This document shows, one piece after another, positions 25,608-33,815 of a stretch of DNA of 64,000 nucleotides (within the stretch, counting starts at the first letter, position 1; every line of letters starts with the position of its first letter). The notes under the pieces are model-generated. The model did not search any database and was not told the DNA's origin. It saw nothing but the letters and a program-made list of their open reading frames with translations. This stretch comes from Patescibacteria group bacterium (GTDB taxonomy: Bacteria > Patescibacteriota > WWE3 > JAUXAW01 > JAYEID01). The translations under genes were made by a program, and so were the position numbers. The stretch is taken from assembly GCA_048621635.1 (NCBI GenBank), contig JBMCWH010000002.1, forward strand, positions 2,227-66,226, in the 5' to 3' direction.

Positions 25608-25887
25608 TCTCGTGATTATAATAACGACGTATTGCTAACACAACCAGACCATGTTCCTCTAACTCCTCTTTGCTATGAAATTTTTCCATATCTTTAGTAT
25701 TAAATTTGTACAAAATTTCACATTCTAATTCGTTTCCAGTTAATTCATCCGAATCTTGTTTTTGTTCTTGCAAGACAAGAATGTCACCCTCCTTACTTTC
25801 AAAATCGGCTAGGCGAACTTCAAAGCGTTTACGTCCATCAGAAACAGCTTCAAAATACTCATGTTGTACCTTTTTCCTTATTTTCAT
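25594..25887 (-). CDS. ASCH/DUF3850-like small protein
   Basis: HEYFEAVSDGRKRFEVRLADFESKEGDILVLQE pattern. Its 3' end overlaps uvrA by 14 nt in convergent orientation. Confidence 0.55.
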   Translation of the reverse strand: MKIRKKVQHEYFEAVSDGRKRFEVRLADFESKEGDILVLQEQKQDSDELTGNELECEILYKFNTKDMEKFHSKEELEEHGLVVLAIRRYYNHETNNS

Positions 25888-26052
25888 GTTATGACAATTG
25901 TATCACATTACTATAGTAAAGCGGAACAGACCTCAATTCTAGAAGAGCCCGTCCTTTTTACATAAATGGAAAGTTTATGTTGTTCCAGCCTTGCCCTGCC
26001 CTGTGGTGGACTTGATCCGAAATCCTTTTGTCTGTCGTCTAGATTTAAAAAA

Positions 26053-26111
26053 GATTCGGACATTAATTAAGGATAACAAATAATTAATAATCTCGGACTT
26101 TATTAATTGGC
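26053..26111. repeat. REP-like pair: degenerate copy (26053-26072) plus copy B (26082-26111)
   Basis: Copy B is AATTAATAA-TCTCGGACT-TTATTAATTGGC, continuing into GTT. The upstream relic is GATTCGGACATTAATTAAGG. Confidence 0.75.
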
Positions 26112-26150
26112 GTTGGTATGGGTTTTTCTGAAAAATGTTAAAATAGGGCT

Positions 26151-27554
26151 ATGAAAGAAAAATTACAAGAACAATTGGAAACTATCCCAAAAACACCCGG
26201 TGTGTATCTTTACCGTGATGAAGACGGTAATCTCCTGTACGTGGGTAAAGCTGTGGAACTTAGAAACCGTGTTAGATCCTACTTTCAGGACAGCGCTGAT
26301 TTAGGGCCGAAAACTAGTTTGATGGTAAAGCAAATTGGTAACATTGATTATATTGAGACAGAATCTGAATTTACTGCCTTACTTTTGGAAGCGGATTTAA
26401 TTAAAAAATTCAAACCAAAATATAACCAACGGTTTAAAGATGACAAAACCTATCCACTGATTGAGGTAACAAACGAAAAGTTTCCGCGCGTGCATATCAC
26501 TCGCCGCCATTCTTATCCTATTTCAGAGGATTGTAATGGTGAAGATAGTACCTTTTTTGGTCCCTATCCACACGGAAATATCCGTAAGGTTCTGAAACTG
26601 CTAAGAAAAACATTTCCTTTTCGCGATTGTAGTAAAAATAAGTTTTCACGCTACCAAAAGTTAGGTAGAGGATGCCTTTTTGCAGAAATGAACCTTTGTT
26701 CTGCTCCTTGTGTGGGAAATGTTTCTGAGCAGGAATACAAGAAGATGATAAGTAAACTAAAGAAATTCCTGAAAGGACAGGAAACTAAGGTTATTGAAGA
26801 TATTGAACAAGAAATGGCTGTCTATTCCGAACAGGAAAATTTTGAAAAAGCTGCTAAAGTAAGAGATCAGTTGGAGAACATAAAGTATGTTAGAAATGGT
26901 TACCAGGCAGCTAGTACTGAGGAACTAGATATAAATTTGCCAGAAGATCGCAGGTATGAAGAGTTGCGTGAGCTGCGAGATACACTAAGTTTGCCTAACC
27001 TACCTGAGAGAATTGAAGCTTACGATATTTCTAATTTGCAGGGAAAGCAGGCAACTGGGTCGATGGTTGTGTTTGAAGAGGGTAGCGCAAAGAAGTCTCA
27101 CTACCGTAGATTTAAAATAAAACAAGCGGGTGAGCCGGACGATGTAGGGATGATGCAAGAAGTATTGCAGCGTCGCTTTGCGCGGATTGAGGAAAATCCT
27201 GGCGGCGAAGGAAATTCGACAGAAAATGAAACCCCTGATGAATCATTTCAATCTATTCCCGATCTTATTCTTGTCGATGGCGGTAAAGGTCAATTAAATG
27301 GGGCATTGGAGATTCTGAAGAAAAAAAGGCTAACTATTCCGGTACTTGGATTAGCAAAACGTGAGGAAGAAATTTTTAGTGCTGTCGGACTTGGGTTTGA
27401 AGACCGGTGTAAATCTTCTCTGATTGAAGGCCCCATTAAATTAGAGAGGGGAAGTAAGGCTCTTCAACTGCTACAAAGAGTTAGGGATGAATCACACCGC
27501 TTTGCAATTGCCTACCATAAAAAGCTGCGCTCCCAGGAATTGATTGGCGAATAG
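26151..27554 (+). CDS. uvrC: Excinuclease ABC subunit C, short form lacking the C-terminal (HhH)2 domain
   Basis: GIY-YIG module PGVYLYRDEDGNLLYVGKA, UVR motif FEKAAKVRDQL and endonuclease domain YDISNLQG...DGGKGQL...ESHRFAI. The ORF ends right after this. Confidence 0.9.
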   Translation: MKEKLQEQLETIPKTPGVYLYRDEDGNLLYVGKAVELRNRVRSYFQDSADLGPKTSLMVKQIGNIDYIETESEFTALLLEADLIKKFKPKYNQRFKDDKTYPLIEVTNEKFPRVHITRRHSYPISEDCNGEDSTFFGPYPHGNIRKVLKLLRKTFPFRDCSKNKFSRYQKLGRGCLFAEMNLCSAPCVGNVSEQEYKKMISKLKKFLKGQETKVIEDIEQEMAVYSEQENFEKAAKVRDQLENIKYVRNGYQAASTEELDINLPEDRRYEELRELRDTLSLPNLPERIEAYDISNLQGKQATGSMVVFEEGSAKKSHYRRFKIKQAGEPDDVGMMQEVLQRRFARIEENPGGEGNSTENETPDESFQSIPDLILVDGGKGQLNGALEILKKKRLTIPVLGLAKREEEIFSAVGLGFEDRCKSSLIEGPIKLERGSKALQLLQRVRDESHRFAIAYHKKLRSQELIGE

Positions 27555-27588
27555 TTGCTAATGCTTTCGTGTGTTACAATTTACAACC

Positions 27589-29088
27589 ATGTCTCTAGAG
27601 AATTTCGGCGATACTTTGCTTAAAAAGTTGAATAGTCTTGCCCGCGAGAAGAATATATATCTAATTTCCCGTTTGCAAGAAAGTAAGGTTAAGTCTTTAG
27701 AAGTAGTTAACGGAGAAATAAATGAAGTTAATTCTGGACAACATTCCGGATTAGGCTTGCATCTTTTTGATCAGCAGGGACATTCGATTCTTACAAGCAC
27801 AGACAAACTTAATGATAATTATGTTTCAAAGTTATTTGAACGATCCGCTGCGCAATTAAAAAAAATTAACTGTAAAGCAACGAAGACACCTGCGATTTTC
27901 GACTTAGAAAAAAATAAGGATTCAGTGGATTTGGCTAGCGAGTTTGCTTTTAACTTTTTTACTACCCAAGAACTAAAAGAAAAGCTTTTGCAGCATAATC
28001 GGCAAGTGGGAGAACTGGCAGCTAAAGCGGAAATAGACAACAAGATAAGTGTTAGAACGTTGCTACAGGTGAAAAAGCAGGCACGGAGACTTACAAGAAT
28101 AGACGGAACTGATATCTTTTGGAGTATTCCTTCTTGCCGCTTAAGTACAGTTATAAATTTAAATACTAAGGAAAATAAAATAGCCGATTACGTAACAAGA
28201 ATTACACCTGATTGGGAGATTCTTACAGATAAACGCCAACTGGAGGACTTTTACTTGGAAGTTAGGAATGTATTAGACCTTTTGAAATCTTCTGCTGACA
28301 AACCGCAATATCCAGCCGGGAACTATCCTTTACTTATTGATTCAAAATTAGGTGGCTTACTTGCTCACGAAGCTTTCGGTCACGCTGCGGAGTCGGATAG
28401 CATTCTTTCCGGGGAATCTATACTTTCCAAAGATAAAAAATTGGCTAAGGGGAGGGCTGTAGCTAGTGAAAAAGTTTCAATCATTGATCAGGCTAGAAAA
28501 TATAGTTGGGGGTATACTCCGTACAGCAGTTTTGGAGTAGCAAGAGAAAAAGTAGAAATTGTGAAAGATGGTAAATTGAATGCATCTCTGAGTGATATTT
28601 CCAGTGGTAGAAGGATTGGAGATAAAGTATACGGCTGTGCAAGGACAGAAAGCTATGAAGATATACCAATCCCTAGGATGAGTAACACATTTATTTCTGT
28701 CAAGCAGCCTTTTCCGGGTTTTAACTCTTACCCAAAGCCCGCTCAAATAAGAGATAAATTACTTCAGGAAGATTTGTTGAATGATAAAGTTTTGCTTTTG
28801 CACAGATGCTTTGGCGGTGGGCAAGTAGACCCTCACAGTGGAACATTTATGTTTAATTTTAATTATTTATACGAATTGACCCCTTCTTCTGTAAAATTGT
28901 ATCGGGGGAGTTCTTTTAGCGGCAATATTTTGGAAGCTTTGAAGTCGGTAAAAGCGGGCTTTGGAGGAGTAAAAATTCATCAGACAGGTGTTTGTGGCAA
29001 AAGAGGGCAAACAGTACCTACTGCATCTGGATCTAACCAATTTTTGCTTATTGACCAAACGCCAGCAGTTATGTTGGGAGGAAGCTGA
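27589..29088 (+). CDS. tldD: TldD/PmbA-family metalloprotease (TldD-like, HExxxH present)
   Basis: LLAHEAFGHAAESD motif. ATG 27589 lies 8 nt after TGtTACAAT, and the track start is GTG 27571. Confidence 0.75.
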   Translation: MSLENFGDTLLKKLNSLAREKNIYLISRLQESKVKSLEVVNGEINEVNSGQHSGLGLHLFDQQGHSILTSTDKLNDNYVSKLFERSAAQLKKINCKATKTPAIFDLEKNKDSVDLASEFAFNFFTTQELKEKLLQHNRQVGELAAKAEIDNKISVRTLLQVKKQARRLTRIDGTDIFWSIPSCRLSTVINLNTKENKIADYVTRITPDWEILTDKRQLEDFYLEVRNVLDLLKSSADKPQYPAGNYPLLIDSKLGGLLAHEAFGHAAESDSILSGESILSKDKKLAKGRAVASEKVSIIDQARKYSWGYTPYSSFGVAREKVEIVKDGKLNASLSDISSGRRIGDKVYGCARTESYEDIPIPRMSNTFISVKQPFPGFNSYPKPAQIRDKLLQEDLLNDKVLLLHRCFGGGQVDPHSGTFMFNFNYLYELTPSSVKLYRGSSFSGNILEALKSVKAGFGGVKIHQTGVCGKRGQTVPTASGSNQFLLIDQTPAVMLGGS

Positions 29089-29280
29089 CATTGTCTGTAC
29101 CAAAGCAACCCTCCTGCCTCGCGGCAAGGCGGGTTGGGTCCGACAAGGCAGGGCTACGGAACGACAAGTGCTACGTATCTACGATAAAACCGGACTTTAA
29201 GATTGGACTCGCCTCGGCGAAGCGCTCTGGTGAAGCAAGGCTCCAAAGGCCGGCTTTGGGGAATTGTTGAACCGACTACG

Positions 29281-30600
29281 ATGAGAAATTTTTTAGAAAA
29301 ACTAACAAAACAACTTAAAAACGCAGAAAAATCAAGTAAGATAAAACGTTACCGGGTAACAGTTGGGCACGCAAAAAGCATTTCCAGCGGAGCGAGCAAT
29401 ATTGATTTTCGCGGTGGCTACTTTCCTACCAATATTCAAGACAGTGTTGATGGACGTTATTTATTCCAATGGCCAGATAATACTTTAAGTAAAGGGTACC
29501 TTGGCAGAGCAAGTGTTAACAATTTTAGTGATTTTCTAAAAGAAGCTAGAGATGCATCTTTTGAAGATAGCTTTGGTGATAATTTTCCCGGTTCTACAGA
29601 GGATCCAAATGTAAAAACACATTATCAGAGTGTCCTGGATCTTTACCAAGATCCGGAAGAATACTTACAAACTTGGCTAGAGAGGTTATCTTCTTGGCAG
29701 GACCTTCTTAATCCCGAGGGATCTAGGCACATTGGTTTTGAAGTCACTATTTCTGAGGGAGTGGCTTTGTGTTCGGAAGGACTAAATCTTGAATCCGCAA
29801 GTACTTTGACCAACTTTCTTTCTTCTTACGATGATACGCTTTTTTTAAGTGGGAAATCTAGAAAAGCTTTACAACTTCCAGATGTTAAGGAAAAAAAAGC
29901 GAGGGAAGAGAAATTTTTTAAACTGCTGAAACGAAACTTAGACGCAAAGCCTCGGAGCGGTGAGTGGCGAGTTATCTTTCATCCACATGTTTTTCAGAGC
30001 TTGTTTTTTTCTTTGTTTCTTCCGAACTTTAGCGGGTCGCGAGTTTTGAAAGGTGAGTCCTGTTTTTCCATTGATGATTATAAAGATAAGGTACGAGTTT
30101 TTCGGGAAGATATTGAAATAACTACTGATCCAACTAAAGATGGTCGGGTAGATTCTTATAATTTTACTGGGGAGGCACTACCCAGTAAAAAAACAACTTT
30201 TGTTAAAAATGGGAGGTTGATGACCCCAGTCTTAACATCAAAGTATGCTCGTAAAGCAGAGATGGAAACAACAGCAAAGATTAAAGGATATATGGATGGG
30301 ACAAGGATAAAAACTAAAGGTGGGCAGGACTACGATTCTTTTACGCGTAAACAAGACAGTGCCTTGCTTATTTATCTTGCTCTAGGAATGCATGCCCAAG
30401 AGCCGATTACTGGAAATTATTCTCTTCCCTGTCCTTATGCAATTCTGATTGAAGACGGAGAGATGGTGGGAAATGCTCCCTGTGTAGTTAACGGGAACAT
30501 TTTTTCTGATTTTAACGCCGAGCAAATGCAAATTTTGGATTACGCTACCGAAGCACCTCCCGCGTTCGCCACGAAAGCAAAAGTAACTTTTTCCACTTAA
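29281..30600 (+). CDS. pmbA: TldD/PmbA-family protein (PmbA/TldE-like partner)
   Basis: Family-typical C-terminal barrel region. It lacks the HExxxH motif, and pairing with the upstream paralog is typical. ATG 29281 is preferred over TTG 29203. Confidence 0.65.
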   Translation: MRNFLEKLTKQLKNAEKSSKIKRYRVTVGHAKSISSGASNIDFRGGYFPTNIQDSVDGRYLFQWPDNTLSKGYLGRASVNNFSDFLKEARDASFEDSFGDNFPGSTEDPNVKTHYQSVLDLYQDPEEYLQTWLERLSSWQDLLNPEGSRHIGFEVTISEGVALCSEGLNLESASTLTNFLSSYDDTLFLSGKSRKALQLPDVKEKKAREEKFFKLLKRNLDAKPRSGEWRVIFHPHVFQSLFFSLFLPNFSGSRVLKGESCFSIDDYKDKVRVFREDIEITTDPTKDGRVDSYNFTGEALPSKKTTFVKNGRLMTPVLTSKYARKAEMETTAKIKGYMDGTRIKTKGGQDYDSFTRKQDSALLIYLALGMHAQEPITGNYSLPCPYAILIEDGEMVGNAPCVVNGNIFSDFNAEQMQILDYATEAPPAFATKAKVTFST

Positions 30601-30694
30601 GATCCGCCCAGAAAGGGGTACTTTTTTAGGCACTGCGGAGAACCTTGACAAGCGAAAAGGTGCGTGGCATAGTGGAAACGAATAAAACCCGAAA

Positions 30695-32017
30695 ATGAAA
30701 AGCAAAACTCCTTTAGCAGACAAAATACGCCCGCAAAATTTAGGAGAGTTTGTTGGTCAAGAACACCTGGTTGGTGAAGGAAAAGTTATTAGAAAAGCTA
30801 TTGAACAAGACCATATCTTTTCCATGATTTTTTGGGGACCTCCTGGGTGTGGGAAAACTACGCTTGCACGGATTATTGCTAACGAGACAGATTCTCACTT
30901 TATCCCTATCTCTGCTGTGACTTCTAAAGTTTCGGAAATACGCGAAATAGTGGAAGAAGCCAAAGAGAGAAAAATTGCGTATAGTCAACAAACAATCTTG
31001 TTTGTCGATGAGATTCATCGCTTTAACAAGGCACAACAAGACGCTTTTCTTCCTCATGTAGAGGATGGGACAATAACTTTTATTGGCGCCACTACAGAAA
31101 ATCCTTCTTTTGAAGTAATTGGACCACTTCTTTCTCGATCACAAGTGTTTGCACTGAACAGACTTGAACCAAAAGAGCTCAAACAAATTGCTCGGCGTGC
31201 GTTAGAAGATGAAGAAAGAGGCCTGGGAAAATATAATGTTAAATTAGAAAATGGTGCTTTAGACTTTCTAATTGGTTCCGCTAACGGAGACAGCCGTACA
31301 GTTCTTAACACTCTTGAAATTGCCACCAATATTCGTGAGGATTTTTCTCCAGATGACGACGATTTTAGTGAACTACCAAATCAACAAGTAACTATATCAG
31401 AAGATTTACTTGAGAATATTTTGCAAAGAAGCTCTCTTAAATACGACAAGGGTGGGGAAGAACATTACAATACAATTTCTGCTTTTATAAAGTCTTTACG
31501 TGGTTCGGATCCGGATGCTGCACTTTATTATATGGCTAGGATGCTTGAGGGTGGGGAGGACCCATTGTTTATTGCCCGGCGAATGGTTATCTTTGCTTCA
31601 GAAGATGTTGGAAATGCTGAACCTTATGCGCTTCCTCTTGCAGTTGCTTGTTTTGAAGCTTGCGAAAAAGTGGGATTACCTGAATGTAAACTGAATATGG
31701 CGCAAACAGTTACTTATTTAGCTTCTGTTCCAAAATCAAATGCTTCTTACGTAGCTCTTACGCGCGCTGAGAAAGATGTAAAGGATACATTAAATGAGCC
31801 TGTCCCTTTACATTTACGCAACCCGGTAACAGATTTAATGGAAGATCAAGGTTACGGAGACGGGTACAAATATCCCCATAATTTTGAAAATCATCATGTT
31901 GAAGGAGAAGAATATTTGCCTGAGAAATTGCGAGGGAAAAAATATTACCACCCCTCAGAACAGGGAGAGGAGAAAAAGATAAAGGAAAGATTGGAAGATT
32001 TGGACAAAACTTCTTGA
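30695..32017 (+). CDS. rarA: Replication-associated recombination protein A (MgsA/RarA AAA+ ATPase)
   Basis: PLADKIRPQNLGEFVGQEHL, GPPGCGKTT, FVDEIHRFNK and the C-terminal MgsA domain ALYYMARML.GGEDP. Confidence 0.9.
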   Translation: MKSKTPLADKIRPQNLGEFVGQEHLVGEGKVIRKAIEQDHIFSMIFWGPPGCGKTTLARIIANETDSHFIPISAVTSKVSEIREIVEEAKERKIAYSQQTILFVDEIHRFNKAQQDAFLPHVEDGTITFIGATTENPSFEVIGPLLSRSQVFALNRLEPKELKQIARRALEDEERGLGKYNVKLENGALDFLIGSANGDSRTVLNTLEIATNIREDFSPDDDDFSELPNQQVTISEDLLENILQRSSLKYDKGGEEHYNTISAFIKSLRGSDPDAALYYMARMLEGGEDPLFIARRMVIFASEDVGNAEPYALPLAVACFEACEKVGLPECKLNMAQTVTYLASVPKSNASYVALTRAEKDVKDTLNEPVPLHLRNPVTDLMEDQGYGDGYKYPHNFENHHVEGEEYLPEKLRGKKYYHPSEQGEEKKIKERLEDLDKTS

Positions 32018-32049
32018 GTAACGTAGTTTTGTTTTTTTAAGCACTAAAT

Positions 32050-33120
32050 ATGAAAACAGGCATTGCGAATATGCCTCTGCATGGGGGCAAAGCTCCGCGC
32101 TGGCTATTTGAAAAAATGGTCGAGCTGGGGAGGGAAATCACCCTTGCAGTGGTTGATGAATACAGCCCAGAGGAATACATCCAGAGACTTGCTGACCCAT
32201 TTTGGTTTCAAGCTTTAGGTTGCGTTTTGGGTTACGATTGGCACTCTTCCGGGTTGACCACTGTAACAGGCGGGGCACTAAAAGTAGCATTAAAAGGGAT
32301 AGAGAAAGAGACAGGCATATTTGTTTGTGGAGGGAAAGGAGGAACCTCACGAAAAACCCCGGATGAGATTCTTTCGTTTTCTGCGAAATCCCAAATTTCA
32401 AAATCCCAGTCCCAAAATCTTGTTTATGCATCAAAGATGGCGGCAAAAGTGGACAATACTGCACTTCAAGATGGTTACCAGCTTTATCACCACAATTTTT
32501 TCTTCACTGTTGACGGGAAATGGTCTGTGGTTCAGCAAGGGATGAATAAAAATAATAAAATGGCGCGGCGCTATCATTGGTTTAGTGAAAACTTAACCGA
32601 TTTTACCGAAGAACCACAAGCTGCTGTTTGTTGTGATGATAAGAAGCCGTCCCTTAATCTGGTAGCTAAAGAAAGTAGGGAAGCGCGAAATTTTTCAGTT
32701 CAACTTTCTTCAGATACTAAAACTGCTTGGAAAGATCTAGAGTATATCGATAGTCTAGATATGCCAAGACATCACCAAATTTACAGAAAAGAAAAATACG
32801 CAACCACGTACTTAGACAAAATTTTAGGCAAAATTAAAGAGCACAATCCGGAAAATTACGAACAGCTGTTATCTATAAAAGGTGTTGGTCCAAAAACAGT
32901 GAGAGCCTTTAGTCTGGTAGGTGAATTGATTTACGGAAAGAAGCCTTCTTATAAAGACCCCGCGCGCTTTTCTTTTGTCCACGGAGGTAAAGATGGAGTT
33001 CCCTATCCAGTAGATGAAAATCTGTACAACAAATCTATCGAGGTTTTAAGAAAGGGTATTAACAAGGCAAACATTGATAGAAGCGACAAGAAGAAAGCAT
33101 TCCAACGGTTGGAAGAATAA
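32050..33120 (+). CDS. DUF763-family protein
   Basis: The N-terminal MPLHGGKAPRWLFEKMVELG signature and the GVGPKTVRA helix-hairpin-helix-like segment are typical of DUF763. Confidence 0.65.
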   Translation: MKTGIANMPLHGGKAPRWLFEKMVELGREITLAVVDEYSPEEYIQRLADPFWFQALGCVLGYDWHSSGLTTVTGGALKVALKGIEKETGIFVCGGKGGTSRKTPDEILSFSAKSQISKSQSQNLVYASKMAAKVDNTALQDGYQLYHHNFFFTVDGKWSVVQQGMNKNNKMARRYHWFSENLTDFTEEPQAAVCCDDKKPSLNLVAKESREARNFSVQLSSDTKTAWKDLEYIDSLDMPRHHQIYRKEKYATTYLDKILGKIKEHNPENYEQLLSIKGVGPKTVRAFSLVGELIYGKKPSYKDPARFSFVHGGKDGVPYPVDENLYNKSIEVLRKGINKANIDRSDKKKAFQRLEE

Positions 33121-33176
33121 AAAAACCTTCGAAACCTAGCGGCTCCGAAGGCTGTTAATTAACAAATGTATTGGGT

Positions 33177-33458
33177 TCAATCCTCCCAAAAAGCCAATTT
33201 TTTCCAGAAAGCTTCAATAGCCTTAGCCACCCTAACTGCGTTTTCTGCATTAATTGCAACCACTTGCCTTCCCGTGGTTCTGGGGTAAGCATCATCCGAC
33301 AGGGGACAGTCAGGAAAATGTTTAACCATCACCCATTTATCATTCTCCTTATCTTTCTCAACCCAGCCATCCTTGACGAAAAGTTCTAAAGGTACGCCGT
33401 GATCCCGATTAAGATTGTTGCAACCGGCACACGGTAAGGACTTTAACTTGTCTGACAT
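33177..33458 (-). CDS. Hypothetical protein, 93 aa
   Basis: ATG 33458 is preceded by AAGGGAG, and the track start is TTG 33500. Contains a CAGC pair. No family recognised. Confidence 0.45.
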   Translation of the reverse strand: MSDKLKSLPCAGCNNLNRDHGVPLELFVKDGWVEKDKENDKWVMVKHFPDCPLSDDAYPRTTGRQVVAINAENAVRVAKAIEAFWKKLAFWED

Positions 33459-33815
33459 TTTTGATCTCCCTTTTCGTTTTAGAAGATTCCAAACAGCCAA
33501 TGTTGCCGCTTACTGAACTCGTCGATCGTTCTTCTCTTGTCAAGCGCTCTTCGGGTGCTCGTCGCACTTCTTGCAGATGTACTCTAAAAATGCTGCTCTT
33601 CCATTCCTCATACCTCTCTCCTAACGTTAACAATATGATGGCTACTGTAATATACTGAAATTATAGCATATTATCCTATAATATCAAAAGTTAAAGTAAA
33701 GACTTAGGCAAGTCCTATTGTTAAAGGCAGAGACAATATTTAATTACTACTCAACACTACCTGACATGTCAGTTGATATAGTGAGGAAACTCTTATCTGC
33801 TATACTAAATGCACT

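Noticed and set aside
29203-29280. 26-codon N-terminal extension of pmbA from TTG 29203 (MDSPRRSALVKQGSKGRLWGIVEPTT).
   Set aside because: It has a non-ATG start and Arg/Gly/Ser-rich composition derived from the GC-rich spacer, with no similarity to family N-termini. Met at 29281 begins the conserved sequence.
33409-33633. 74-aa minus-strand ORF upstream of and overlapping the 93-aa hypothetical gene.
   Set aside because: It has a TTG start without an RBS and overlaps the better-supported downstream ORF by about 50 nt. Its translation is dominated by Arg/Glu/Ser from the GC-rich patch. The in-frame mini-ORF reading (33611-33540) explains the RBS better.
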